The notes: generated by a model not told the origin, from the letters alone. A stretch of 64,000 nt of DNA from a bacterium (GCA_021786105.1 JAJYNW010000005.1:32001-96000), one strand, 5' to 3'; counted from the stretch's first letter, positions 9,259 through 18,967 are shown. Numbers and translations are program-made.

Positions 9259-10056
9259 GTCTTAATAAGTAATGATTTCAGTAATGTAGTTTCCGGAATA
9301 GTTACTCTTAAAGGAAACGTTAGGACCTTTCCAAGGATCAAGTAAATTATAATCATCACCATTTTTGGAGGTGACAACTACAAAATGGAATGGTTGGGCA
9401 TAAGTACTTGAAGTATACCCAATTCCCACAATTGCCCATTTGCCGGCGCTTAAGGCGTTATCCAGTGTTGAAGTGTTGGTTGTCCGGGAGGGGGAATTAA
9501 AGCCTAAAGAGGTTAGGGCAGACCACAAAAAGTCTCCGTCAAAGAAATAGGAATCGTTGCTGCCGATAGTGGCTGGGGTTTGGGAATTGCCGCGGTGGGT
9601 TAAAACCATAGCTACCGAAGAAACCAGACAACCGGCTAGACCAATAGAGTACCGGCTGTTGCCGATAGCCATATTTCCCCATCGGACATCACGTTGGGAA
9701 AAATAACCTGCCGGCCAAGAGGGATCGGCGTTGATTAAGGTTAAGCCTCCCTGACTCTGAACGAATGACCGGAAGGCAGCCAGCTGGGCTTCTGCTTGGG
9801 CAATCAATTTTTCGTAATTAGACTCATCACCCTGGGTTGCTGCCAATAACTGTTGTTTAGCCTTTTTCTGGTCAGCCAGTTGGGTTTGGTATACCACCAA
9901 ATCTTTCTTTAGCTTTTCCTCCTGGGCCTGTCTTGTTTCCTTGTCCGTTTTTTGGTCATGGTAGGCAGCTTTGGTGGCCTGAAGCTGGTATAACACTTTT
10001 TTATCATTGGCTTGGGCAACCTGGATATACTTCATTCTTTCCAACAGGTCGGCAAA
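8614..10056 (-). repeat. Duplicated ~200-bp coiled-coil segment (copies at ~8614-8814 and ~9856-10056)
   Basis: 64 of 67 aa identical (FADLLERMKY...LADQKKAK) with many synonymous DNA differences. Confidence 0.9.
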
Positions 10057-10491
10057 ACCATGGGAAGAAAAGATTAAATCTAAGATAGAGGGCTCTCCTT
10101 GCTTGTATGTCTGGGTGATCCGGACCAGCAGTAGTTCGGAGATGCTGTCCACATTGGCAGAGAGCTTGGTAATTCTTCCGGAAAGATCGGTTATTTCTGT
10201 TTCCAGTTTGGTAATCTGATAATTTGTATCGTCGATTTTGGCCTGAGTCAATCTGGTTTGCGCATCGATATAATCAAGCTGGGATTTAAGGGTTTTTTCC
10301 TGGCTTTTGGCTGCACTTAATCGGGATTCACAGTCATCTTTTACTTGTTGGTAACAGCTATGAGGGTCGGAGTCGCTTGCGCAACTATCCCCATCTCCGC
10401 AACTTTTAGCCAATGCAGAGGTTGGGGTAAAAATGAGAAGCATTAAAAAAGAGGTCACAACAACCAAGACAGAAATTCTCATACATGGCAT
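9262..10491 (-). CDS. PcsB/CwlO-type coiled-coil protein with a C39-like (papain-fold) peptidase domain
   Basis: Signal peptide, coiled-coil, YFSQRDVRWG...AGCLVSSVAMVL...HFVVV...LLDPW (Cys/His/Asp). Start may be a few codons inside the ORF. Confidence 0.8.
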   Translation of the reverse strand: MPCMRISVLVVVTSFLMLLIFTPTSALAKSCGDGDSCASDSDPHSCYQQVKDDCESRLSAAKSQEKTLKSQLDYIDAQTRLTQAKIDDTNYQITKLETEITDLSGRITKLSANVDSISELLLVRITQTYKQGEPSILDLIFSSHGFADLLERMKYIQVAQANDKKVLYQLQATKAAYHDQKTDKETRQAQEEKLKKDLVVYQTQLADQKKAKQQLLAATQGDESNYEKLIAQAEAQLAAFRSFVQSQGGLTLINADPSWPAGYFSQRDVRWGNMAIGNSRYSIGLAGCLVSSVAMVLTHRGNSQTPATIGSNDSYFFDGDFLWSALTSLGFNSPSRTTNTSTLDNALSAGKWAIVGIGYTSSTYAQPFHFVVVTSKNGDDYNLLDPWKGPNVSFKSNYSGNYITEIITY

Positions 10492-11366
10492 TAAATTCTC
10501 AGGTAGCGGCGAACAGCCACAAAGGCTCCGACTCCGCCCACAAGTATTGCTACAACTACTTCGACGCCCAGAAGTCCTAGTAATAATACCGGAGAGAGTG
10601 CAAAGAATTGTCCAGCGGCTTCTCCTAAATTATTCCGCAAGACCGGTTCGAAATACCATAAAACTGCAAATGAGGTAATCCATCCTAAAAAGGCCCCAAT
10701 TAAGGCATAAACCACACCTTCCGTAATATAGGGAATACGGATAAACCAGGTGGAGGCGCCTAGAAGTTTCATGATTTCAATCTCGCTTCTTTTGATCCTG
10801 ATCTTAAAACCCACCACCATAACAATGATTAGAGTAGAGAAGGTAATTAAAAATCCCACAACTGCGCTACCGACAACCCTGATTAATCTTGTTGCTGATA
10901 CTAAAGAAGAGACGACATCTTCCGGAAAGACAACCTCCTCCACCACCGGTTCTTTCTTGACGATTTCGGCTACAGGTTTTAGATCCTCTGGGGTTTGGGT
11001 GGAAATCTCCAGGGAAGCAGGTAAGATATTGGCAGTTACCAATTCGAGCAACATGGGGTTATTTTTATTGCGTTCCCTATATATTTGCAAAGCATCATCT
11101 TTAGAAACAAATTTTAATTTAGTGACTTTACCGGTTTGGTTTAATGCGCCTTCGATTGCGTTTACATCTTGGTCAGTGGTACCATCTTTAAAGAAAGCAA
11201 TTGCCTGGGGTTTGCTCTCATAATACCTGAGGATTTGCTGGGAACAGATGGCCAAAAGTAAAAATCCGGAAAGAGTTAAGAAAGTTAAGAACATCACCAT
11301 GGAAGCAGCGAGTGCCTGGTAAGGTGTTCTCCTAATATTCTTTTTTACTGTGTTAAATAAATTCAT
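10491..11366 (-). CDS. ftsX: Cell division permease-like protein FtsX
   Basis: 1+3 TM layout, SKDDAL...LPASLEI, RSEIEIMKLLGASTWFIRIPYITEG; follows ftsE. Confidence 0.93.
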   Translation of the reverse strand: MNLFNTVKKNIRRTPYQALAASMVMFLTFLTLSGFLLLAICSQQILRYYESKPQAIAFFKDGTTDQDVNAIEGALNQTGKVTKLKFVSKDDALQIYRERNKNNPMLLELVTANILPASLEISTQTPEDLKPVAEIVKKEPVVEEVVFPEDVVSSLVSATRLIRVVGSAVVGFLITFSTLIIVMVVGFKIRIKRSEIEIMKLLGASTWFIRIPYITEGVVYALIGAFLGWITSFAVLWYFEPVLRNNLGEAAGQFFALSPVLLLGLLGVEVVVAILVGGVGAFVAVRRYLRI

Positions 11367-11382
11367 TTTTAGTAGGGCTACC

Positions 11383-11434
11383 TTTTGACTTCGTCAAAAC
11401 GATCCTGTTGAAAATAGTTTACAACTATTTTCAA
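11383..11434. other. Two perfect triloop hairpins in the ftsE-ftsX spacer
   Basis: ttttgac-ttc-gtcaaaa (11383-11399) and ttgaaaatagtt-tac-aactattttcaa (11408-11434, 12-bp stem). Confidence 0.7.
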
Positions 11435-12114
11435 TGAAACTCGTATTTTCCTTCTGTTTTGTCTTTGGTTACTTTGCCGTTTTTAATGGCAATGACCCGG
11501 CGTTTTTGCATATCAACAATTTCTTTATTGTGGGTGGCCATGACTACAGTTGTTCCCCATGAGTTGATCTCATTTAAAAGTTGCAGCACGGACCAGGATG
11601 TTTGTGGATCCAAGTTTCCAGTTGGTTCATCAGCAATTAATACTTTGGGTTTGCCGATAATTGCCCGGGCAATAGCTACCCGTTGGGCTTCGCCTCCGGA
11701 AAGCTGGCGGGGAAAAAGGTTCCGCCTGTCCCAGATTTCAAAAAGTTTAAGGGTCCGCTCAACTTCTTTATGAATCTCAGCTTCCGGGGTGTTTCTGACC
11801 TGTAAAGCCAAGGCCACATTTTCAAAAACAGTTTTGTCATCCAATAGTTTATTGTCCTGAAAGACAAAACCAATTTTTCTCCGGTACTCGGGAATGTCCT
11901 GCGGCTTTATTTTGGTGATATCAACATCATCTAGGAGGATTTTGCCTGAATTGGGCAGGTATTCCCTGGTTAAAAGCCTGAGTAAAGTAGATTTCCCGGC
12001 ACCCGAAGGTCCAACAACAAAAACAAATTCCCCGTTTTTAATCTCTAGATTAATATCCTCAAGGGCAGTAATTGATGAGCTAAATTTTTTAGAGACATTT
12101 TGAAAAGAGATCAT
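11431..12114 (-). CDS. ftsE: Cell division ATP-binding protein FtsE
   Basis: GPSGAGKST, VFQD, LSGGEAQR, ADEPTGNLDP, GTTVVMATH. Confidence 0.95.
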   Translation of the reverse strand: MISFQNVSKKFSSSITALEDINLEIKNGEFVFVVGPSGAGKSTLLRLLTREYLPNSGKILLDDVDITKIKPQDIPEYRRKIGFVFQDNKLLDDKTVFENVALALQVRNTPEAEIHKEVERTLKLFEIWDRRNLFPRQLSGGEAQRVAIARAIIGKPKVLIADEPTGNLDPQTSWSVLQLLNEINSWGTTVVMATHNKEIVDMQKRRVIAIKNGKVTKDKTEGKYEFH

Positions 12115-12120
12115 CGAGCT

Positions 12121-12552
12121 TCATTTAACTTCTACTTTACCCACATCCATCAGCCAACCTTCTTTAATGGCTTTTTGTGTTTCCCCAAAAACCTTAACCT
12201 TTTTACCTTCGTATTGGCTTAAATCAACTACGGATGAAGTAAGGGCTACAGGCACAGCTCCGTCCCGAATTAGTAAATGTGTGCCTTCACTGTAATCATC
12301 CCCCTTTGAATCATCTTTTTTCTGGATTGTGCCTTCAGCAAAATCTCGGAAGGTGCGGTTGTCTTGTTGGGCTGTTTTGGCAACTTGGGTTGTTGCTGCC
12401 GTAGAAGAAGCAGCTTTTCCTTTTGCGGAACCTGCAAAAAGATATCCGGATGCGGCGCCTAAAACAACAGAAAGAACGAGAATAGAGATAAAAATCTTGT
12501 TTAAGCTGAAGTTACTCAAAGTTTTGAGAGGCAAAGTGACAGGGTTTTGCAT
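12121..12552 (-). CDS. Membrane-anchored hypothetical protein with a small beta-rich (OB-like) domain
   Basis: N-terminal TM, A/T linker, EGTHLL...DLSQYEGKKVKVFG...LMDVGKVE; ends 6 nt before ftsE. Confidence 0.7.
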   Translation of the reverse strand: MQNPVTLPLKTLSNFSLNKIFISILVLSVVLGAASGYLFAGSAKGKAASSTAATTQVAKTAQQDNRTFRDFAEGTIQKKDDSKGDDYSEGTHLLIRDGAVPVALTSSVVDLSQYEGKKVKVFGETQKAIKEGWLMDVGKVEVK

Positions 12553-12601
12553 GTAGGTTTATTGTAACCATTTTGGAATCGATTTGTCCAGACCTGACTG
12601 G

Positions 12602-13678
12602 TTATTTCCCAAAGCTGCGAAGTTCCGATTCGATAAATTGGTCCAAGTCGCCGTCCAAAACTGCATCCGTATCGGAAGTTTCTGCTTCTGTTCTTAAGTC
12701 TTTAACCATATGATAAGGATGCAAGACATAAGAACGGATCTGGGTTCCCCAGGAAGCCTGGGTTTTCCCGCCTTTTAATTCAGCTTCAGTTTTCTTTTCT
12801 TCTTCTTGTTTCCTTGCCCAAAGTTTAGCCCGAAGGAGAGCCATGGCGTTTTCCCGGTTTTGCAGCTGTGACCGTTCAGTTTGGCAGGTAACCACAATAC
12901 CTGTAGGGATATGCTTTAACCTCACCGCAGTATTTACCTTGTTAACATTTTGGCCTCCGGCACCCCCAGATCTAAAGGCTTCAAACTCAATCTCGTCCGG
13001 CTTGATTTCAACCTCGGTCTCGTTTTCGATAACCGGCAGGACTTCCACTAAGGCAAAGGAAGTTTGACGAAGGTTATCAGCATTGAAAGGGGACTGGCGG
13101 ACTAGGCGGTGTGTTCCGGCTTCACCTTTGAGATAGCCATAGGCATATGATGCATGCACAATCATTGAGATGGACTTATAACCTGCTTCCTCCCCGAAAC
13201 TTTCATCAGTGATTTCGTATTTCCAGCCCTTACGCTCAAAATAGCGCTGGTACATCCGGGCAAGCATTGCGGCCCAATCCATCGCTTCGACCCCACCAGC
13301 TCCTGCATGAACTGATAAGATTGCTTCTGATTCATCATGGGGACCGGAAAGGAAAAGCCGAAGTTCGAGGTTATCCAGAAACTCCTCAATTTCATTTGCT
13401 TCCTTTTCTAAATCCTGCTGCATCTCTGATTCGTTGGATAACTCCACTGCATTATTAATTCTGTTTTCCAGTTCGTCCAACGCTCCGAGAAGCTTTTGCT
13501 TTTCCGAAAGATCCTGGGAGACTTTACGGGCGGTTTCCTGGTCATTCCAAAAATCAGAGTGGTTCATCTGGGCTTCCAGTTCACGGATTTCGGCACGTAT
13601 TTTATCCCGGTCAAATTGACAGACAACTTTAGTAAACCTTTCCTTTAGATCATTTAGTTTTTTCTGCAGCTCTTCCAT
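12602..13678 (-). CDS. prfB: Peptide chain release factor 2 (single reading frame)
   Basis: SPF anticodon-mimic motif (RQSPFN), GGQ, HAGAGG. Confidence 0.96.
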   Translation of the reverse strand: MEELQKKLNDLKERFTKVVCQFDRDKIRAEIRELEAQMNHSDFWNDQETARKVSQDLSEKQKLLGALDELENRINNAVELSNESEMQQDLEKEANEIEEFLDNLELRLFLSGPHDESEAILSVHAGAGGVEAMDWAAMLARMYQRYFERKGWKYEITDESFGEEAGYKSISMIVHASYAYGYLKGEAGTHRLVRQSPFNADNLRQTSFALVEVLPVIENETEVEIKPDEIEFEAFRSGGAGGQNVNKVNTAVRLKHIPTGIVVTCQTERSQLQNRENAMALLRAKLWARKQEEEKKTEAELKGGKTQASWGTQIRSYVLHPYHMVKDLRTEAETSDTDAVLDGDLDQFIESELRSFGK

Positions 13679-13737
13679 AAGTATGAGGGAATTATATCAG
13701 GTTTAAAATTGGAGGTGTCGCAGAGAGGCAGAAGTTA

Positions 13738-14061
13738 TTAGCCTTGTAAAGACCTTTGATGGCGGCCTCTCCTGGCTTTTTGTCTTCCAATCTCTAGCCA
13801 TTCCATAACTTGCTCGCGAGGTGAAAATACTAATTCCTCATCAGATATTTGGAGAAGTTTAGTAATCTTATCAAATAGCTCTTCTGAAGGAGAATATTTA
13901 TTGCCCTCAATTTGACTAATATGACTTGGCCTGTAATTTCCTAAATCTTTGGCAAAATCTTCCATATAAATTCCCAGAAACCACCTTCTGGATCTTATTC
14001 TAGTCCCCAATGGTATTTCACCTTCAGAAGGAATAGTAGGCTCTGTCTCTCTTCTTCCCAT
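13738..14061 (-). CDS. XRE-family helix-turn-helix protein
   Basis: LGTRIRSRR...MEDFAKDLG...SHISQIEGNK..PS. Confidence 0.75.
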   Translation of the reverse strand: MGRRETEPTIPSEGEIPLGTRIRSRRWFLGIYMEDFAKDLGNYRPSHISQIEGNKYSPSEELFDKITKLLQISDEELVFSPREQVMEWLEIGRQKARRGRHQRSLQG

Positions 14062-14140
14062 AATTCTGGTAGTTTAACATGAATTAGCCGTAAAAGCAAT
14101 TATTATAGGTTATAATACACAAGGATAGTATAATTATTTT

Positions 14141-14449
14141 ATGGTTTTGTATATTAATACCAAAGATATGAATGTAGTGACTGTGGCCTTGAAGGAAGGT
14201 GAAGAGGTAGTGGATTCTTTGAGTGAGGAAAACGAATGGGGGTCACAAGTCCTTTTGCCGTTGATTGAGAAAATACTTAAAAAGAATAAGTTGGAGTTTA
14301 AGGATTTAACTGCAATTGAAGCGGAAGAGGGACCGGGGTCTTTTACCGGACTGCGGGTGGGCGCTTCGGTTGCCCAGGCTTTAGGATTTTCCTTGAATAT
14401 CCCGGTTAATGGAAAACTTAACAAACCCCTAGACCTTAAGTATACTTAG
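14141..14449 (+). CDS. tsaB: Short TsaB-like protein (N-terminal lobe only)
   Basis: LYINT...SQVLLPLIEKIL...GPGSFTGLRVG..VAQAL..LNIPV; only 102 aa. Confidence 0.8.
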   Translation: MVLYINTKDMNVVTVALKEGEEVVDSLSEENEWGSQVLLPLIEKILKKNKLEFKDLTAIEAEEGPGSFTGLRVGASVAQALGFSLNIPVNGKLNKPLDLKYT

Positions 14450-14452
14450 GGA

Positions 14453-15346
14453 GTGAAGAAAAAAATCCTTCATTATTTTATCCCCCACACTGAAACCCAC
14501 CAGAAGGCTCATCTTCTATCCTGGAAATACTTATTTATTTACCTTTTATTATTTGTTCTGCTGCGGACGGTAATTGATGTTGTTAATGTTTACCGGCCGG
14601 GTGTTTTAGGGATTAGCTCCAATATCAGCGTTTCCCGGATTATTGAAGATACTAACAAAGAAAGACAGAAAGCCGGGTTGCCGTCCGTTTCTGAAAATAC
14701 CGAATTGGATGAGGCGGCGATGGCCAAAGCCAAAAACATGTTTGCGGAGAATTACTGGGCGCATTTTTCTCCATCCGGTAAAGACCCCTGGGGATTTATT
14801 TTGGCTTCCGGCTATAAGTTTTCCTATGCCGGAGAAAATTTGGCCCGTAATTTTTACAACTCGGATGATGTTGTAGTAGCCTGGATGAATTCGCCCTCTC
14901 ACCGGGACAATATTTTAAATTCCCACTACCAGGATATTGGAGTGGCGGTTTTGGATGGGGTATTAAACGGCCAGCAGACTACTTTAGTGGTGCAAATGTT
15001 TGGCAGGAATTATGATTCAGCTGTCCCTGCCCCTCAGGCTGATGCAGGCGGAACCAAATCTAACTTATCTCCGGAAGTTCTCCAGCAACCGCAAACTCCA
15101 CTTGTAGCCGGATCTTCTTCCCAAGCTGTGGCTCCTACCTCTAAACCTTTGTTAGATCCTTATGCCGTAACCAGGACTTCTGGAATTATCTTGCTTTCCT
15201 TTATTTTTATCCTTTTGTCCCTGGACTTTATTATTTTGAAAAAACGGGGAGTGTTCAGGTTGTCTTCACACCATGTAGCGCACTTGGGGCTTATGACTTT
15301 AGGGGGCGCCTCACTTCTTTTGAGTAAGGTTGGGGAGATTCTATGA
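14453..15346 (+). CDS. Membrane-anchored CAP (SCP/Tpx-1/PR-1) domain protein
   Basis: TNKER, NYWAH, AGENLA, WMNSPSHRDNIL; N- and C-terminal TM segments. Confidence 0.88.
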   Translation: MKKKILHYFIPHTETHQKAHLLSWKYLFIYLLLFVLLRTVIDVVNVYRPGVLGISSNISVSRIIEDTNKERQKAGLPSVSENTELDEAAMAKAKNMFAENYWAHFSPSGKDPWGFILASGYKFSYAGENLARNFYNSDDVVVAWMNSPSHRDNILNSHYQDIGVAVLDGVLNGQQTTLVVQMFGRNYDSAVPAPQADAGGTKSNLSPEVLQQPQTPLVAGSSSQAVAPTSKPLLDPYAVTRTSGIILLSFIFILLSLDFIILKKRGVFRLSSHHVAHLGLMTLGGASLLLSKVGEIL

Positions 15347-15615
15347 GAATTTTTAATTTTAAATTTTCAATTTTCAAAAAAGTAAACTTGATGTGGATTT
15401 TTGTAGGAGCTACACCGCTATTTTTGGTGGTTCTTTATTACACCAGGTATTTACCTCAGTTGCAGCTTAAGGTGCTCCTAATTGCCTCGCTTTTTTACCT
15501 GGCTTTAGCCTTTATGTATCACCAAAAGGATAAAACTTTGACATTTGAGATAATTATAGAATATATTCTTATAGCTGCTCTGGCCTTGGTAATTGTACAA
15601 GGCATCTTTTTTTAA
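15343..15615 (+). CDS. Small 3-TM hypothetical membrane protein
   Basis: Hydrophobic 90-aa ORF overlapping the previous stop (ATGA) and ending 3 nt before rmlA. Confidence 0.65.
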   Translation: MRIFNFKFSIFKKVNLMWIFVGATPLFLVVLYYTRYLPQLQLKVLLIASLFYLALAFMYHQKDKTLTFEIIIEYILIAALALVIVQGIFF

Positions 15616-15618
15616 CCA

Positions 15619-16494
15619 ATGAAAGGTATCATACTTGCAGGCGGTTCCGGAACAAGGCTTTATCCTCTAACTTTGGCTGTCAGTAAACAGCTTTTACCAA
15701 TTTTTGATAAACCGACAATTTATTATCCTTTGTCCACATTAATGCAGGCAGGAATTCGGGATATTTTGATTATTTCTACGGAAAAAGATTTACCAAGATT
15801 TTCTGATTTATTAGGAACAGGAGAAAAGATAGGATGCAATTTTTCTTACAAAGTACAGGCCCAGCCGCGGGGATTGGCCGATGCGTACATTGTAGGGGAA
15901 GAATTTATCGGTCAGGACAAAGTTGCCATGATTTTAGGGGACAATGTTTTTTATGGATCCACTATCGGAAAGAAATTGTCTGATTTTGCCGATGTTGATG
16001 GGGCAGTTGGATTTGCTGCTCCGGTAAATGATCCGCGGAGATATGGAGTTTACGAGTTCGATGACCAGATGAATGTCTTGTCAATTGAGGAGAAACCGGA
16101 ACATCCCAAGTCTAATTATGCCAATGCCGGTTTGTATTTTACTGACAACGAGGTAGTAGAAATTGCTAAAAACGTTAAGCCTTCGGGCCGGGGTGAAATA
16201 GAAATCACCTCAGTTTTAGATGCATATTTAAAAAAGGGGAAGCTTAAAGTTTGTTTATTGGATAGGGGTACCGCTTGGCTGGATACAGGAACCTTTGCCT
16301 CGATGAACCAGGCCTCGCAATTTGTCCAGGTAATTGAAGAGAGGCAGGGTTTAAAGATAGGCTGTATTGAAGAGGTGGCGTATAAAAAAGGCTTTATTAA
16401 TAAGGATCAGTTAATAAAATTAGCTGAGCCTCTTTTGAAAAGTGGCTACGGCCAGTACCTAATGGACATTGCGCAGGAGAAGATAGGTAAATGA
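15619..16494 (+). CDS. rfbA: Glucose-1-phosphate thymidylyltransferase
   Basis: [37 protein letters not shown]. Confidence 0.97.
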   Translation: MKGIILAGGSGTRLYPLTLAVSKQLLPIFDKPTIYYPLSTLMQAGIRDILIISTEKDLPRFSDLLGTGEKIGCNFSYKVQAQPRGLADAYIVGEEFIGQDKVAMILGDNVFYGSTIGKKLSDFADVDGAVGFAAPVNDPRRYGVYEFDDQMNVLSIEEKPEHPKSNYANAGLYFTDNEVVEIAKNVKPSGRGEIEITSVLDAYLKKGKLKVCLLDRGTAWLDTGTFASMNQASQFVQVIEERQGLKIGCIEEVAYKKGFINKDQLIKLAEPLLKSGYGQYLMDIAQEKIGK

Positions 16495-17501
16495 AGATTT
16501 TAGTTACTGGCGGTTGCGGTTTTATTGGGTCAAATTTTATCCGCTATTGGTCAAAAGCTCATCCGGATGATCAGGTAATAAACTTTGATAAGTTAACTTA
16601 TGCTGGGCATCTTTCTTCAACAAAAGATTTTGCCGATAATCCCAGCTACAAATTTATTCAGGGAGACATTTGTGATGAAGAATTGGTGAGCCAGGCAATG
16701 GAAGGGGTTGATACCGTGGTCCATTTTGCGGCTGAATCGCACGTTGACCGTTCCGTTTTGGATCCGATGGTTTTTATAAAAACAAACGTTTTAGGAACCG
16801 GAATACTTCTCAACACGGCCTTAAAACATTCAGTAAAGCGATTTCACCACGTCTCAACGGATGAAGTCTTTGGTCAACTAAAACCAGGAGAAGATCCCTG
16901 GACAGAGGATAGTAAATATATGCCAAGGACTCCTTATTCTGCCTCCAAAGCCGGGTCTGACCATCTGGTTCGGGCATATTTTGAAACTTATGGTTTGCCA
17001 GTAACAATTACCAATTGTGCCAATAATTTTGGTTTTTACCACGACCCGGAAAAATTAATTCCCCGATTTATTACCAACCTTTTGCTGGATAAAAAAGTTC
17101 CCTTAATGGGTAAAGGGGAAAATATCCGGGAGTGGTTATTTGCGGAAGACCATGCCCGAGCTATTGATTTGGTAATCCAGAAAGGTGAAATAGGAGAAAC
17201 TTACTGTGTAGGTGGGGAGGCAAAAACTAATTTAGAGGTGACGAAAGCAATCTTAAAGTTTTTAGGTAAGGATGAATCCTGGATCGAATATGTTGAACAC
17301 CGGTTAGGCCATGATTTTCGCTATGGTTTAGATGACGCCAAACTTAGAAAATTAGGATGGAAACCGGAACATGATTTTGATACTTGGCTTGAAAAAACCG
17401 TTAAATGGTACCAGGATAACAAGTGGTGGTGGGAACCGCTACTAAAAGATAAACCTGTGGTTGACAGGATAGCTCAAAAAAATTATGTCCAAAGCGTCTG
17501 A
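16491..17501 (+). CDS. rfbB: dTDP-glucose 4,6-dehydratase
   Basis: [35 protein letters not shown]. Confidence 0.96.
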   Translation: MKILVTGGCGFIGSNFIRYWSKAHPDDQVINFDKLTYAGHLSSTKDFADNPSYKFIQGDICDEELVSQAMEGVDTVVHFAAESHVDRSVLDPMVFIKTNVLGTGILLNTALKHSVKRFHHVSTDEVFGQLKPGEDPWTEDSKYMPRTPYSASKAGSDHLVRAYFETYGLPVTITNCANNFGFYHDPEKLIPRFITNLLLDKKVPLMGKGENIREWLFAEDHARAIDLVIQKGEIGETYCVGGEAKTNLEVTKAILKFLGKDESWIEYVEHRLGHDFRYGLDDAKLRKLGWKPEHDFDTWLEKTVKWYQDNKWWWEPLLKDKPVVDRIAQKNYVQSV

Positions 17502-18063
17502 ACATATTAAAACAACCGGAATAGAAGGTCTTTTTGTCATCGAACGGGAGACTCTTGATGATAGCAGAGGCTTCTTTAGAGAAGTTTTTCATCTTGATGA
17601 ACTGGAAGAAGTCCTAGGGTATAAGTTTGATGGAGTACAAATGAACCATTCGATGTCTAAGCCAGGGGTGGTTAGGGGAATTCATCCTGATCCTTGGGAT
17701 AAGTTAATCTATCCTGCCAGCGGCAAAGTATTTACAGCCATTGCTGATATTGACCCTAAGTCTCCAACATTTAAAAAGGTAGAGACCTTTACTATGGATG
17801 ATGATCATCGTTATGCTCTTTTTATTCGCAAGGGTTTGGGTAACAGTTTATGTGCCGTGGGAGAAGAACCTGTTAACTATATTTATTTGGTTACTTCTTA
17901 TTGGGATGGGAATTTGTTAAGCGGAATGAGGGCAGTAGCCTACAACGATCCGGATCTAAATATTGCCTGGCCGGTTGAAAACCCGATTATTTCCGAAAAA
18001 GATTTGCATAATAAAACTTTAAGGGAACATTATCAGGAGGAATATCCGGAGCTTTTTAGATGA
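17485..18063 (+). CDS. rfbC: dTDP-4-dehydrorhamnose 3,5-epimerase family (divergent)
   Basis: DSRGFFRE, QMNHS, GVVRGIH, NDPDLNIAWP, ISEKD. Confidence 0.88.
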   Translation: MSKASEHIKTTGIEGLFVIERETLDDSRGFFREVFHLDELEEVLGYKFDGVQMNHSMSKPGVVRGIHPDPWDKLIYPASGKVFTAIADIDPKSPTFKKVETFTMDDDHRYALFIRKGLGNSLCAVGEEPVNYIYLVTSYWDGNLLSGMRAVAYNDPDLNIAWPVENPIISEKDLHNKTLREHYQEEYPELFR

Positions 18064-18953
18064 ATAAGGTTTTGGTTTTTGGCGGGGAAGGATTAATCGG
18101 TTCCCGGTTTATTGAACTAAACAAAAAACGTTTTGATATCCAGACGCCCTTAGCGTGCGAAGTTGATTTTCTAAAAGATGACCAATTAGAAAAAGCCGTG
18201 AAGAGCTCCGATGCATCGATCATTATTAATTTTGTAGCTTATACCAATGTTGATGAGGCAGAAAAAGAAAAAGACAACAAGGATGGGGTGGTTTACAAAC
18301 TTAATGTCGGAAGCACGGAAAGGCTTACCCAGGCCTGTAAAGAAACCGGAAAATACTTAATTCATATTTCTACGGACTATGTTTTTGATGGTAAACAGGA
18401 AGACCGCCCTTATACTGAAGAAGATATTCCCAATCCTTTGAGCTGGTATGCCCAGACCAAATATCTCGCTGAGCAAGTTGTGACTGAAAGAGGGGATAAG
18501 TTTGCGATAGTACGTTTCGAACTTCCTTTCAGAAGCCACTACGAGATTAAAAAAGACATTGCCCGGTTTTTTGTGGAACAACTGCAACAAAATAAACAGA
18601 TAACGGCAATTACCGATCAAAAGATAACTCCATTATTTATTGACGACGGGGCTATGGCTTTGGGGGAGATAGCTGAGAATCAATCCCAGGGAGTTTACCA
18701 TGTTGTTTGCAGCGACTCGACTACTACCTTTGATTTTGTTAAATTAATTGCGGAAAAGTTCGGGTTGGATCAAAACTTAATTAAGCCCACAGCTTACGAT
18801 GAGTACAGTAAAACCCGGACTGCTCAAAGGCCTCACTATTCCTGGATGGATACCACAAAATTTAGGAAGCAGTTTGGAGAAGGAATTTTACATACAATTA
18901 GCGAGTCCCTGGATATTTTCAAACAGCAAATTGACGAAAAGAGTAGTAATTAG
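18060..18953 (+). CDS. rfbD: dTDP-4-dehydrorhamnose reductase
   Basis: AYTNVDEAE, HISTDYVFDG, YAQTK, RP.YS. Confidence 0.9.
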   Translation: MNKVLVFGGEGLIGSRFIELNKKRFDIQTPLACEVDFLKDDQLEKAVKSSDASIIINFVAYTNVDEAEKEKDNKDGVVYKLNVGSTERLTQACKETGKYLIHISTDYVFDGKQEDRPYTEEDIPNPLSWYAQTKYLAEQVVTERGDKFAIVRFELPFRSHYEIKKDIARFFVEQLQQNKQITAITDQKITPLFIDDGAMALGEIAENQSQGVYHVVCSDSTTTFDFVKLIAEKFGLDQNLIKPTAYDEYSKTRTAQRPHYSWMDTTKFRKQFGEGILHTISESLDIFKQQIDEKSSN

Positions 18954-18960
18954 TTATATT
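18931..18960 (+). promoter_or_regulatory. Internal promoter for gmd
   Basis: TTGACG-N18-TATATT; ATG 7 nt downstream. Confidence 0.55.
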
Positions 18961-18967
18961 AACTAGC

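Noticed and set aside
8614-10056. Duplicated segment as an assembly artefact or DGR template/variable repeat
   Set aside because: Differences are mostly synonymous and not adenine-specific, both copies are coding, and no reverse transcriptase is in the window
13738-14061. XRE gene as a prophage or toxin-antitoxin marker
   Set aside because: It is solitary, with no integrase, toxin partner or att-like repeats seen
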